A stretch of 63,731 nucleotides of DNA, the filler included, from Octopus bimaculoides (taxonomy: Eukaryota): the NCBI RefSeq assembly GCF_001194135.2. It is 9 parts of 8 records of this genome, joined end to end, with 100 filler letters (N's around TTAATTAATTAA, not from the genome) between each part and the next. Parts side by side here need not be neighbours in the genome. Positions count along the whole stretch, not along the records: positions 10,353 to 25,670 come from NC_068983.1; 8 more parts are not named here. The stretch is one strand, 5' to 3'. Both the position numbers and the translations under genes were made by a program. Under the pieces are notes generated by a model, which made no database searches, had not been told where the DNA came from, and was given only the letters and a program-made list of their open reading frames with translations. Shown piece by piece: positions 11,657 to 24,960 of the stretch (positions within the stretch are counted from its first letter, which is position 1; every line of letters starts with the position of its first letter).

Positions 11657-12420
11657 TATACTCTATATGAGGGTAAACTTCGAGAATAAACAACTTCGAG
11701 TCAGATGTAATACTGGAAACAGGATAATAGTCGCCGACTACTCGACATATTGTCCAGTGTTCTATCAACTTAGTTAATGGGGCCGACACAGCGATAAAAT
11801 ACAAGTTTCCTTGTATAAAAATTAACGCTTTATCATCAATTTAAAATGTATTACAAAATAGTTTATTCTTCTTATACTGCTTCTGTTGTTGTAGGGTTAT
11901 TAACTTCATATCATATTTCATATTTTCTTCTCATGAAGAAAAGTAATAAATTATATTAAAAAGCAAAATTCAGTTTCCGGACTAATGCTACATAAGTATT
12001 TTATTTTCCTCTCAGGAGTGTCATACAATACGCTCTTATCTTCTTCCTTTTCTTCAACTTTAGTAGGAATACCTCACACTTATTACTTCTGCTTTCTTTA
12101 TTGATTGAGTTATTGATTTAATAATTGGTTTCTGTGATCACAGTCTCCATCTTTAATAGCCTCCACCACTACACTGATCAATTCGAAGTACTTTTTTGTT
12201 TTTCGTGAACAATTATTGGTGTGAAAGCTTTGAAAAACAAACGAAATAGGAGGATAGACTAGAAATATTCTCTCGGAAAGGCCTATTAATTATTAATTTC
12301 TTAAATTTTTTATACTTTTATCCCTAATCTGCGAGGTAAAATATTAAATTTGTCATTGAACATTTCGTAAATACGTCAATTTAAAATGTCCTCAATGATT
12401 ATCGATATTTCATTTTATTA

Positions 12421-12490
12421 CTTCTTTCAGTTATTGGAGTGCGGCTATGCTGGGGCACAACATTGAAAGGTGTAGTCGAAGACATTGACA
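12421..12490 (-). mobile_element. CORE-type SINE 3' tail fragment
   Basis: tttcagttattggagtgcggctatgctggggcac matches the tail of 1513-1970. Confidence 0.55.
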
Positions 12491-13065
12491 CGCATGCATA
12501 CATGCATACATATCAGAAAGAGAGAGTGGGAGAGGGAGGGAGGGAGAGACAGCAAGAGAGAAAGAAAGTGAGAAAAATGCTGAGAAATAGCTGAAAATTC
12601 GTCAAATTTTTATATACATATATTTATTTTTTGTCTAATTAAAGCAAGTTTAACTTTTTAGCATAAGGTGGAAATACTTTTTATTTTCTGTATTCGTATG
12701 TATGAAAATAAAAATACGAAAATATTTTTTCACAGAATAAATATTTTCGCATAATAATTTAACTGAAAATAATATTAGTGTACGTATTCATAGGTTAAGT
12801 TTCGCATATATAACACAAGTGAAAAGCAGAGAAGCGAAAAAAGGGATCACATGTTACTTTGAGAAGATTCTTTTGTATAAACAAAGGTTTTAGCGAATAC
12901 AATTGTGTGTTTTGCGGTAAAAAGAGATTTTGTAGTGGAAGAAAAAAATTTTTTAACTTACCGGGATCCGGTTTACATTGATATTCAATGTTTCCAAAGT
13001 TTTGGGTAATCTTTTCCATGTGCAAAAATCATGAATAAGGAGACATGTCATATATAAAATGGAGA

Positions 13066-13222
13066 CCGGCTCCTTTCAGTTTCCGCCAACCAAATCGACC
13101 CACAAGATTTGTCGGCTCGGATCTGTAGTAGATATTTGCTAAAGGTGCCACACAGTAGAAATGAATCCGAAACCGTGTAGTTGGAAGCAAATTTCTTACC
13201 GTACATCTAAGCCAGCGTCTAA
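13066..13222 (-). mobile_element. CORE-type SINE 5' half
   Basis: ctttcagtttccgccaaccaaat...aaggtgccacacagt...ccgaaaccgtgtagttgg is homologous to 1807-1970. Confidence 0.75.
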
Positions 13223-15004
13223 AGCTGAAGGAGACATTATCTTAATATATTTTTATTTTCATAATTTTATAAGGTCGATATTTCGTGATGTTATTCCACT
13301 CTCCATAATCTAACAGGCAGCACTTGAATTACTTATTTTCTTTTTTAAACTTAAAGTTTTAAGATACTTATGTAAATTTTATTGGTGTATTATTTGTCAT
13401 TTTTTGGAAAATGCATTACATCTATAAAAGCATATTTTTAAACAGTTTTATTCTTTGTAATAATACAATAATGCGAGCATTATTTCCCTTATATTTTTGT
13501 CAACACAAATTTTCATCACTTTCAATTCTGAGTGCTATTTGCTGTTTTCTCCAAAATGTTCCTTTCTATATTAGAATGTTTTGTTTTTTTCATATATTTT
13601 GTCATTCCTTTTCATTATATTATGGATTTGGTTAGTATGTTTTTGTTTTCTTCGAAACGGAATTCTATCCTCTTCATAATGGCAAAATTCTACACATGAG
13701 CTGGTTTGCAATATTTACCGCGTCTTTTAGCAGGATTTCTTCTTTTGCGCATTGAGATATAGAAAGATTTTAGTTTATTATCTACATTTTTGTTATATTA
13801 TATTTTCTAACCATAGATGTGTATTAGCTTTATGCATTCTTTATATGTTCTTTCCTCCTGTCCTTTTTATATCATGAAATGTTTCTATTTATTGTATATT
13901 CAATATCCATGATTATTGTACACTGATAGATTTTGATGTTTTCTCTATTAGGTAGGAAACTATTTATAATATACAGTCTCATCACAACCTTAGATGGTTG
14001 CGTAGTGCTTTCATTTAGATTTCGGTTCCATAAGAAACAAGTGATTGTATGTTGTTAATTTTCCTGTTGCCCACTGCACAGCCAAGGAATTTAAAAACTT
14101 CATTTTTTTTTGTCTAGATCTATTGGTTCCATTCTTTCTTAGACTTCACGTTCCTTTTAGTCATACTGCTTTCTCAATTTGACTGTTTAAAAAGACAGTT
14201 CCAACAGTTATCTTAACACAACACGCGCTCACATCGCAGGGGACAAATCACAGGAGACACACAATTTACAGTAGCAGGCTAGTTTATCTATGAATAGCTT
14301 TCATCGTATAATTATATAATATATTGGCACAAGATGGGAAAGCACTGAGGTAGTTAATCATTTCACTGGAAAACTCAATTTCGTGGTTATTCCAGTAATG
14401 ATATTAACTATCTACCAAAACATAGAACTGGTATTTTCTGCAAGTTATGTCGTTTCAATAAACTTGATATCTCCCAACAGAAAATAGTATCAAACATGAC
14501 ACTTCTCAACAACTGGCTTACGCTGTTAAGTGTAATGAAATTTTGAGCGGATCTATCTGCTTTCCGCAGTAGAAGGTTAATATTCGATTGAATTGTACCC
14601 TTTATACTATGTTTTTGTTGGAAATACCCACAAGAAATAGAAACTATAGTTTATTCTTGCAGTATCTGAACTCAGAAATCAGAGAAGTTTAAGTAAATAA
14701 TTCACGGTTTGGTACAGTAAATTACCATTCACTTTACTACTTAGTTTCCCATTGGATTATAAGATTTATTTCTAGCATTAGCGGAAAATATAAAATGCAA
14801 GGAATTTTGGAGAAGAGTATTGAGGCTATCCAAATTTCTTCCCTGCAACTTATTTTCATCGATCTTCCAAGTATAAAAACGAAGTCAACCACTGTATGAG
14901 CTTTGAACTTGGATCAAAAAGAAACACTAAATACTGGAAGCTATTTCTTTTATCTGATATTGCGTCGATTCTACCAATCTCTCGATATTTTATCGGAAAA
15001 TAAA

Positions 15005-15200
15005 TATTTCTAACTTTGGCAAAAGGACAACAACTTTGAAAGGAGGGGCAAGTCGATTACAGCGTTCCCACTGCTTGACTAGTACTTATTTTATCAACCT
15101 CGAAAGGATGAACAGTAAATTTGACCTCGACAGAATTTAAACTCAGAACGTAAAGATCTGGAAGGAAGGCAACTGAGAATTCTGCAAGTTCACTGCGTAG
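15005..15200 (-). mobile_element. Meta-domain SINE (degenerate)
   Basis: Minus strand has ttctgagtttaaattctgtcgaggtcaaatttactgttcatcctttcgaggttgataaaataagtactag; homologous to 22801-23005. Confidence 0.7.
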
Positions 15201-15859
15201 GAGTATAATAATGTTACTTTAGGGACTGTATTAAGGGTTTCAAGAATACATGAAAGAAAGAATACACGAAAGAAAGAATACATGAAAGTATACATGAAAG
15301 AAAGACTGTATTAAGAGTTTCAAAAATAGACACAATGCCTAGTTTGTCTAAATGGACTACTAAATAAACTTGATATTATCGAACCCAATAACTTTAGTGT
15401 ATTTGTATTATTGATACTGGAAGGGAAAATGTCAAAGTCGACACCTTTTGGACTGTATTTAAGGTGTCAAGTGCCATAACTAGATAATGCAATATATTTT
15501 ATCCTACGCTTTCGTGATTCTGCCAATCCGCTTAACTTCTATTGGATTCTATTCGTTAATTCTTTAGCTGGTTTCTGTAACCAAACTGCGAACATGTTGG
15601 GAAACCACCATCAAATTTTCCCACCACATTTCAAATTAGCTGGAAGGATATAATTGTGTTCAAATGTCGCTGAGGTCAGCTTTATCTTTTTCTAAATACA
15701 ATATAATAAAGTGAAATGGAAAACTTCGGTCAGCTGACAATTTGTAAGCAATTGGTAGACAAATATTTTCTCTGGTAGAATTCAAAACTTAAAAACAGCA
15801 AGGAAGGAGGAACTTCAGGCCAGAAATAGCTATGCCACACGGATACGGAAATGGAGTCT

Positions 15860-16280
15860 TCTGGGTGGTCCGAATGACCGGAGTGGTAAGTAACCTCCCA
15901 GGTTCAACAAAACAACCAGAAATCACCAGGAAGAGTTGCTTGAAGCCGGATATCATATTCCATTCCAGTTCATCAAAGCAACTGATTTTTATTGAACTCA
16001 CTGTACCATTTGAAAGCAAGATGAAAGAAGCACACAATCAAGAACGAGAATACGCCAGTCTAAGAACTTGAGTGAAGTCAACTTTCGGGTCAAAGTTCGC
16101 GTCACAGAGGTTGGAATCAGAGGTTTTTTGAGCAAATTTGACTACGATCTAATGAAACAACTCTCAGTCTCTGGGAAGAATAGGACCAAAGTTCTAAAGG
16201 AAGTATCAGAGATAGTGGAGAAGTGCTTCTGCTGGATCTGGTCGAAGAGGAAGGAAAAAGACCTTCAGACTATTTGAAGG
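15860..16280 (+). mobile_element. HERO/R2-like non-LTR retrotransposon REL endonuclease fragment
   Basis: LKPDIIFHSSSSKQLIFIELTVPFE..KEAH..EYASL / VRVTEVGIRGFL...KCFCWIWSKR matches the RPD-ELTVPWE-KY-EVGxRGF-WLWxKR pattern. Confidence 0.8.
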
Positions 16281-16644
16281 CAATGTTTTTGTATTTTAAT
16301 GCTAAGAGAAGTAACTTTGAGTGAGTCATCGTGATAACGTTGACGTTCCGCTGCTACCAAGACAACCGACGTCATTTCTTATTTAAGTATAAGTTTGAAA
16401 GGTGAGTCAACGGAGAGAAGTTCCAACTGGATGAAATCTCCAATGCACGAGTCTCCGATGTACAAGTAGCTAAAAAGTGCCAACAGAAGGGTATCCAGGA
16501 TTTATGACCTGGATGCAGCCAGGACTTCTTAGAATGTAAGAAAGGCCGAAACAAATTCCCGAGGTGAGTTTCTTCTCTGAAGATCTTATGCTGTTCAGCT
16601 GTCTTGAGAGTTTCTTACTACTATCTGCTTGTTTGTTCTTAGCC

Positions 16645-16820
16645 CTTGCCATCTACCGCTTTGCACTCAGTGTTGGTTTGTTTACAACCCGTTAGCTTAG
16701 CGGTTCGATAAAAGAATACGATAGAATAATTAACAGGCTTTTAAAAAAATAAGTACTGGGGTCGATTTATTCGACTAAACAGCATGGCCATAGTCCAACA
16801 ACTGGAACAAGACAGAGGAT
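16645..16820 (+). mobile_element. CORE-type SINE 3' half
   Basis: gcttagcggttcgataaaagaatacgatagaataa...aagtactggggtcgatttattcgactaaac. Confidence 0.75.
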
Positions 16821-16889
16821 ACATACATGCATTCATGCGAGCATGCATGTATGTATGTACGTATGTATGTATGCCTGCAAATATACGGA

Positions 16890-17052
16890 GGGAAAGAGAG
16901 AAAAGGAGAGAGTAAGAAAGAGAGAGAGAAGGAGAAAGAGAGAGAGAAGGAGAAAGAGAGAGAGAGAATGAGAAAGAGAGAGAGAGAATGAGAAAGAGAG
17001 AGAGAGAGAATGAGAAAGAGAGAGAGAGAAAGAAGGAGAAAGAGAGAGAAAA
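16890..17052. repeat. GA-rich compound micro/minisatellite
   Basis: Repeated gagaaagagagagagagaat/gaagga units. Confidence 0.85.
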
Positions 17053-17209
17053 AGGGAATTTAGTCATGTTAATTATCAATATTTCTTACAGTAAACAGCT
17101 CAGTAGAATATGCTTCAGTGAGAAGTCTAATAAGATTGGAACATGTTCCTTACCTTCACAAGTTAGTTGATTTTAAAGACTAGATATACTCCAATCTGTA
17201 TGAATTTAA

Positions 17210-17422
17210 CTCTTTATTCTTTTATTTGTTTCAGTCATTTGACTGTGGCCATGCTGGAGCAACGCCTTTAGTCGAACAAATCGACCCCAACCTTATTCTT
17301 TGTAAGCCTAGTACTTATTTTATCGGTCTCTTTTGCCGAACCACAAAGTTACGAGGACGTAAACACACCAGTATCGGTTGTCAAGCGATGGTGGACGGAC
17401 ACACACACACACACACACACAC
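17210..17422 (-). mobile_element. CORE-type SINE 3' half running into a (CA)n and a gap
   Basis: High similarity to 1528-1740. Confidence 0.9.
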
Positions 17423-18356
17423 ANNNNNNNNNNNNNNNNNNNNNNNNNNNNNNNNNNNNNNNNNNNNNNNNNNNNNNNNNNNNNNNNNNNNNNNNNNNNN
17501 NNNNNNNNNNNNNNNNNNNNNNNNNNNNNNNNNNNNNNNNNNNNNNNNNNNNNNNNNNNNNNNNNNNNNNNNNNNNNNNNNNNNNNNNNNNNNNNNNNNN
17601 NNNNNNNNNNNNNNNNNNNNNNNNNNNNNNNNNNNNNNNNNNNNNNNNNNNNNNNNNNNNNNNNNNNNNNNNNNNNNNNNNNNNNNNNNNNNNNNNNNNN
17701 NNNNNNNNNNNNNNNNNNNNNNNNNNNNNNNNNNNNNNNNNNNNNNNNNNNNNNNNNNNNNNNNNNNNNNNNNNNNNNNNNNNNNNNNNNNNNNNNNNNN
17801 NNNNNNNNNNNNNNNNNNNNNNNNNNNNNNNNNNNNNNNNNNNNNNNNNNNNNNNNNNNNNNNNNNNNNNNNNNNNNNNNNNNNNNNNNNNNNNNNNNNN
17901 NNNNNNNNNNNNNNNNNNNNNNNNNNNNNNNNNNNNNNNNNNNNNNNNNNNNNNNNNNNNNNNNNNNNNNNNNNNNNNNNNNNNNNNNNNNNNNNNNNNN
18001 NNNNNNNNNNNNNNNNNNNNNNNNNNNNNNNNNNNNNNNNNNNNNNNNNNNNNNNNNNNNNNNNNNNNNNNNNNNNNNNNNNNNNNNNNNNNNNNNNNNN
18101 NNNNNNNNNNNNNNNNNNNNNNNNNNNNNNNNNNNNNNNNNNNNNNNNNNNNNNNNNNNNNNNNNNNNNNNNNNNNNNNNNNNNNNNNNNNNNNNNNNNN
18201 NNNNNNNNNNNNNNNNNNNNNNNNNNNNNNNNNNNNNNNNNNNNNNNNNNNNNAATGTCATTCTTGCGACGCGTTGTGTCCTTTAAGAAAGCATTGCATT
18301 TTACGAGACTCGGGTCTACTTAGTTGAAAACAAGTACCACATGAGTGCTTGTACAT

Positions 18357-18398
<42 letters not shown>

Positions 18399-18474
18399 AC
18401 TCTCTCTCCCCTGTCTTTCTTTTCTTTCTCTCTGTTTCTTTGTCTGTGTTTCTCTCTCCGTCTCTATATATTTT

Positions 18475-18515
<41 letters not shown>

Positions 18516-18522
18516 TTCTCTT

Positions 18523-18570
<48 letters not shown>

Positions 18571-20719
18571 GCTGTTACACTCTTGGAGGTACTGCTAGAT
18601 GAATGGGTGGGAGTGTCGAGAGAGTGTCACCATCTGGTCACCACCGAATAGACACCTAAAACAGCGAGATGAAGCATGATTGATGTTATCTAACAATTTT
18701 AGTTCACAGGAGACGGCTGGCTCTTGAATAAGATCTGTTGTAAAGAAACCAGTTCTGTTGACTGTAGATCGCAAATCGCTGTCGTTTACTAATGTAAGGA
18801 AAAACTTCACATTATCATTATGGACAATATAGTGACAAAAGCTCATGTGCGGGATTAAATACCTCATGTTATTTAATTGAGCGCCATTACGTTCACATGC
18901 CGTGGTAGATATTGCCTTCATTGTCCTAATGTTAAGAAAATGAATAGACGTCTATTTGTGAATTCCATTAAACCATTAACTGTTTATTCATAGTTTTTGG
19001 CTTTGCCAGGTGTCTTAGGAGTTAAAATAATATATAGTATTTAAATTTTCTTCACGTGTGAATTATTTTGGAAATTATGATAAATTTTTCGAAAAGTCTC
19101 AAATGGGGATTACTGAAAAAAAAACATATTTATCCTTTTTGTATTCAATTGCAATAATAAGCATTTTAGTTTTTTTGATACTATAGTATCAAATTCGAAT
19201 GTGTAGGATATATCAATGACTGATATAGTAGATGGGAAATACGAAAACAAAACAAAACAAAACAAAACACGTTTCTAAAACAGTCAATAATTTTGTAATT
19301 CAAAAAGTGCGATTTATGACATAAAATGTCCTCTAGAATTAGCCAGATTTAACAATGACAAACTTTACTAAATCCTGTTAAACACACCTCTGCAAATGCA
19401 ATGCACATAAGGAATTCACTTTAAATACAACGAACAACCAGCAGTGAGACTGTTTTTAACATATCCCCAAATGGGGCTCATGGCAGGGAATGGGTTAATT
19501 CCATCGACTAAATTCATTTCGCTAAAATTATATGAGCTCCCGTTAGATATTTAAATTATCATGACCTAACGTTGAAAGAACGGTAAGTAGCTGGAGCGAT
19601 AAAGGGTGGAGCAATCTAACACGGAGTTTTATTTTTAAGTGCAAATCTATATTTCTTTAAGTTTCGAGTTGAGAGATCCATATTGTCGTCCCTCTGCCCA
19701 ATTCTAGAAAATAAATTAGGTACCAGTAAAATACTGTGATTGATTTAATCCATTACGCCGGCCTCTTCAAAAATTTTATAGTTCTGTGCTAATGTAATAA
19801 GTTATTATTACGTTGTGTTGAAACAAATTACTTGTCAAGGATTCTGCTGGCTAGTTTTATCATTTACGTATGTGTATATTTATATTGTAATTGTGCGTGT
19901 GTCTACTTGTATGTATGTATGTATGTATGTATGCATGTGTGTGTGTGTGTGTTTCCGCGCGCTTACGAATAAGCGAATAAGTCTTTATATCAGTGTGGCA
20001 TGTATTGTAGGTGTTGTTTGACGTAATATCTTAGTTGAAGCATAGAAGATTAATGAGTTTCACTAAAGGTTAGAATTCGCTTCGTTGTTTACAACTTGCC
20101 AGTTGACGATAACTCTTTTACGAAATGCTGCTTCCTCGATATACTTCACTCTAGTGATATTGATACTCAAGCACATTCCATTAATTGCATTGAAAAGTCC
20201 TGAATCTTGCTTAAATTTAATGAATGAAATCATTAAGCGCAGAGAAGCCTTTTCGAAGATATGATAATTTGTAAATTCTACTGTTGTTGACGGACACATT
20301 CGGAACTCCATAAATAATTCACAGGGAAATGAAATATGCTATTGCTTTAATTATTGTCGTTGCTGCTGTCATGCATTCCTCCTTAGTTCCTATATGAGCT
20401 TCGTCCACCAGGGGCTTTGCTCACCGAATTTGACATTTGAACTCGGAATGCAGCTAGAGATTTGCCATCCACCACCACAACCACGACCACTACGGTAATC
20501 CACCACCGCCGCCACCGAAGAGAAGTAAAATTCTGACTACTTACACGTTCATATACTCGCTGAGTTATGAATGATGTTATCGATTAAATTGATTTAAGAC
20601 ATAACTGGTATTTATTATATCAACTCTTGAGAGATGAAAAGCTAAGTCGATATTGGCGTGGTTTTATGGTTTTGCTATTAAACATGAAGCAACCTATTGG
20701 CAGAGTCGTTAGATCGTCG

Positions 20720-20845
20720 AATAAATTGCTTTTATGAGCATCGTCACGCTTCTCTGCGTCCTGAGTTCAAACTCGATCAAGGTCTAACATGCCTTTCATA
20801 CTTTCGAAGTTGATAAATGAAGACTGGTGCAGTGGAGCCAATCTG
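20720..20845 (+). mobile_element. Meta-domain SINE fragment
   Basis: cctgagttcaaactcgatcaaggtctaacatgcctttcatactttcgaagttgataaatgaag. Confidence 0.6.
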
Positions 20846-21615
20846 TCTGTCTGTCTATCTGTCTTCTGTCTCTCTCTCTCTTTGTTTCTCTCTCACTCTA
20901 TCCCACCTCTCTCTTTCCCCCTCTCCTTTCTTCCTCTCTCTCAATCACTTTCTGAGAAATCAGTTGTAGTCAGACTTGGAAATAGATAAGTCCCGTCCGA
21001 TTTAATTATGCCCAAAATACACCGTGAGCCGCACTAGCAACCCAAAGATTCAATCCAGCAGTTGAGGACCCAAGGCATGAGGCAATATTAAACATACCTG
21101 TACATGGATGCAAGTAAACATCTAAAAGTTTCGACCCATAACTCGTCCGTAGTATTAGATAATATGTGAAACCTTTTCACAAAATAAAATTAATATCTAT
21201 TTTATCGACTGTAAAGGAAAGGTAGGCGAAGCCGACTCAGATGTGAATGTATTTAGATAATGCACATATGTGTGTGTGCGTAAATACATCGATATATGTA
21301 TACACGTAGCCGTATTTATATATATATATATATATATNNNNNNNNNNNNNNNNNNNNNNNNNNNNNNNNNNNNNNNNNNNNNNNNNNNNNNNNNNACAGA
21401 AATCAACCGGCCGTAGGTAAACGGGCTAAGACAATCTCTCAGCATGCATTCAAGTATTTGGACTCACGTGGACCATTTTCTGGACTGGCGTAATAGGTTA
21501 ACCTTCCTCACTACGCGTTACCATGATAGGGAGCCCAAACCCGTCATGTCGAAGTTTGCGCTGCAAGTGATTCGTTTTGCGCCGAAATCATGGCTGCCCC
21601 AGTGTGAAAATAATT

Positions 21616-21851
21616 TCAATACGGAGCAAATAATTCAGGAGAAAAATAATTCACGAAAAAATAATTTGCGAAGATACCATTGACTCTGTTATAATCTAGT
21701 GTAACAATTTAAAAATGATAACAGAATCAATAATATAGGCGATTGCAGGCACTAAAAAAGCATTAAGTATCTGAAGGATTAAAATTAATCAAAGGACAGA
21801 CTAATGGTATCTTCGCAAAGTTTTTTTCGTGAATTATTCGCTCCGTATTGA
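21616..21851. mobile_element. MITE with about 50-65 bp TIRs
   Basis: tcaatacggagcaaataatt...cacgaaaaaataatttgcgaagataccatt (21616-21681) is inverted as aatggtatcttcgcaaagttttttcgtgaattattcgctccgtattga (21803-21851). TSD unclear. Confidence 0.75.
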
Positions 21852-21857
21852 TATATA

Positions 21858-22091
21858 CAGGATTGGCCAAAAGTCACTCGACAGTAAATCAAAATTCCAT
21901 AAATACTATCTATAATTTTGTATCGACTCGAATGGGAAAATGTGTCACTCCAGAAAGACTTCCGTTTGAACAATTTTCATGATGTTTCGTATTTAGATGT
22001 TTTTTATTAAATTCATTCAGTTGTTAAACATAAATAAATTTTGAAATTAAATGGTTTTGATTTACTGTCAGGTGACTTTTGGCCGACTCAG
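21858..22091. mobile_element. Tc1/mariner-type MITE with TA TSD
   Basis: TA|caggattggccaaaagtcactcgacagtaaatcaaaa ... ttttgatttactgtcaggtgacttttggccgactcag|TA. Confidence 0.85.
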
Positions 22092-22800
22092 TAGTGACGA
22101 CCATGATTTTGAGACTCAGTCTCAACTCATAACTCACCACTTCATCCTACGTGGATATCCCCTCAGGGAATAAGCAGAGGTTTGTTAAACTTGGAAGGCA
22201 CCGTCGGTACTGTGATATTTGGATTTACAAAACTAGGTTGCCCATACTGAAAAATGAATACGATCTGCGGTCAGCAATACCCAAAATGTCACTGAATTAC
22301 TCAAAAAAAAGCAGAACGAAGAACGACAGGACAAACAGTTGAAAAGAGAAGGGATTTCATGGCGAGTACAAAAAAACAAAACAAAAAAAAAACAAGAAAA
22401 AACAAAAAAAAACTAAAGATGTTAGAAGAAAGAACGCTGATTGTAGCAGACAGAGGCAAATCTGAAACGAGAGATTTAATCGCTTATTTCAGTCGTTCAA
22501 GAAAGCCCTGATAGAACGAACGTAATAAAGACAAAGGTTGAAAAACTCAGAGAGTAAATGTATCTGTAGAAAAGAAGCCGAGAGTATTAACAATTTACTA
22601 AGTGACGCGGAGAACTAGCACAAAAAGAGTATAAGCGCAGGCATGACTGTCCGTAAATCTCATTTACCGACTGTCATGCCATCATTAGGACATACTAAGT
22701 CGAGTGCGTGGACTCAGAAGTAACAGAAAAGAGATGTAAACACGAAACAGAAGCGGAGATGATGCATGATAATTACAGCATTTTATGGGATGTCTTCAAT

Positions 22801-23005
22801 TATAATCCTTTCTACTATAGGCACATGGTCTGAAATTAGGGGGAGGGGACAGTCGATTATACCGGCCCTAGTGTGTCACTGGTACTTAATTTATCGACTC
22901 CGGAAGGATGAACGGCAAAGTTGACCTCGGCAGAATTTGAACTCTGAACGTAAAGACGGACGAAATACCGCTAAGTACTTTGTCCGTTGTGATGATTCAG
23001 CTAAT
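22801..23005 (-). mobile_element. Meta-domain tRNA-derived SINE (best-preserved copy)
   Basis: Minus strand: tRNA-like gtatttcgtccgtctttacgttcagagttcaaattctgccgagg, then Meta-like gtcaactttgccgttcatccttccggagtcgataaattaagtaccag. Confidence 0.85.
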
Positions 23006-23739
23006 AAGTAATAATAGTAATAATAATAAGGAAGAGGAAGGAGGAAGGAAAGTATGGTGTGGAAGGAAAGGAAGAGAGGAAGAAGAGGGGAGGAAGAGGA
23101 GGAGATAAATATTCATTGCATTATATACTTAATGAATATAAAGAATTCAATATACTGAACGTATACACATATTTAATAAATTTCGAAAAAAATCAAGGAA
23201 TACAGCATACTACAATTTCGTCCGTTAAATCCGAATTTAATGAGGAAATTTTGAAAAAATATTGCATATATAGTTTTGATTTGATGACAGCGGGAAATAA
23301 ATATGCAAGTTGGAAAAAGAAATGGGTAGGAGTGGAATTATAATGGTGTCACGTATAGAACAAGCGTATCTAGAATATGAAAAGTCAAAGAATGATGCGA
23401 GGCGAGGTGCCTCATTATTCAGAAAACGGTTGGGTTGAAAGAAATCAGTAGTGTATAAAGGGATTTTCATATTGTGATAGCTGTGATGTAAGGAAAACGA
23501 TACATGGAAAGGAGATATGACTCTCATTAAATATTTTCACCTTCTTGGCTTAATAAACTATTCAAAAATTCATGGAACAAAGCTTAAAATTTACGGTTGA
23601 ATTTTGGCTTAAGTCAACTTCCTCAAAAAAATATTCTGTACATATATTCAATGATTACAAAGTCAGTGTCAATTAAAATACATTTCATTTTCAAAATTTA
23701 ATGGACTCTACAAACAGAATTTAACTTATACATACCTTT

Positions 23740-24090
23740 GTTTTCGAACTCACGACCGCTCTGGTCCACTTACGGCTAATAACCTCAAGTAATTGAAACG
23801 CAAATATCTAGAAACATTTCGTTCGGTATTCTGCGCATTCTTGTTCAATGGCTCTCTTCAGTTCATCGACTGTTGCTGGTTTTGTAACACAAATTTATCC
23901 TTCAAGAATTTCCATAAAATTGTCTAGTTGTATGAGGTCAAGGGAAGTCGGAGAATATTCTAATGAACCTCTTTGTCCAGTCTATGATTGTGGTAAAATC
24001 TCATTAAAGCAGGTTCTTACATTATTAGCGTTGGGGTGTCTCATCTTGAAATAAAACATCATTTCTTCAAAGACCTCTTGAATAATGGAC
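23740..24090 (-). pseudogene. Tc1/mariner-superfamily transposase C-terminal relic
   Basis: FQDETP..ANNVRTCFNEILPQS*TGQRGSLEYSPTSLDLIQLDNF/WKFLKDK..VTKPATVDELKRAIEQEC matches the FQQDGAP..WPPRSPDLTPLDFFLWG pattern. Confidence 0.8.
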
Positions 24091-24264
24091 ATGACAAATT
24101 GTATCAAGTTCGCGTATATATTATCAGTTAAAATAAAAATTTAATTAAATAATTAACCCGTTTTGGTGATAATACTGTAACGCCTGGTAAATTTCTGTTA
24201 TTTCGTAATATGGGGATTATTGGGACTCAAGATGCAATCGTGGTGGTTAAGCGAGCGAGGCGCA

Positions 24265-24560
24265 AATGTGACTATGTAGAAAGGGGCTTGCTTCTCAAAT
24301 ACATAGTTCCGCGTTCATTCCCACTATGTGGCACCTTGGGAAAGCGTCTACTGTTGCTCCGAGCATTGAGAGTAGATTTGGTAGATTGGACACTGAAAGA
24401 AGCCCATCGTATACGTGCGTGCATGTGTGTGTGTGTATGTGTGTGTGTTTTCCCCACAACCACCTGAGAAATGGTGTTGGTTTGTTTATGTCCCTGTAAC
24501 ATAGCGGTTCGGAAAAAAAGACTGATAGAATATATGTAGCAGGTTTTAAAAAAATAATAA
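24265..24560 (+). mobile_element. CORE-type SINE lacking the 3' tail
   Basis: gcttgcttctcaaatacatagttccgcgttcattcccactatgtggcaccttgggaaag head, central (TG)n, then acatagcggttcgg. Confidence 0.8.
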
Positions 24561-24561
24561 T

Positions 24562-24960
24562 AATAGACCTGGCATAGTGATTTGTGACAGAGAAGAGAAA
24601 CTATGTAGAGTTGTGGAAATTAGCTGCCCAGCGGATGCTAACATAAAGCTGAAGATCGATGTAAATGAGAAACCTACGCTGAACTATTTAGAAATCTACA
24701 GTTACTTTTACCAGGTTACAAGTTCAGGTTTATATCTCTAATTATTGGGACACAAGGATATGTAATACACTACCTAAATACCAATCTTGAGAAATTAGGC
24801 TTCTCAAAACCAGAAAGGAGAATGCTGATTCGAAGACTACAGATCCAATCCATCACTGTAACTGTAAAAATCTGTAAAACTTTCCAGAAGTTTATCATTT
24901 AAATATATATGTGCATGTTTAAACATGCACGTATATGCATGAGAATACATATATAAAACA
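24562..24960 (+). mobile_element. R4/Dong-like element (second subfamily), 3' end of REL domain
   Basis: NRPGIVICDREEK/LCRVVEISCPADANIKLKI...TYAELFRNLQLL.PGYKFRFISLIIGTQGYV...LEKLGF...LQIQSITVTVKICKTF*. Followed by (ATAC)n at about 24978-25063. Confidence 0.8.
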
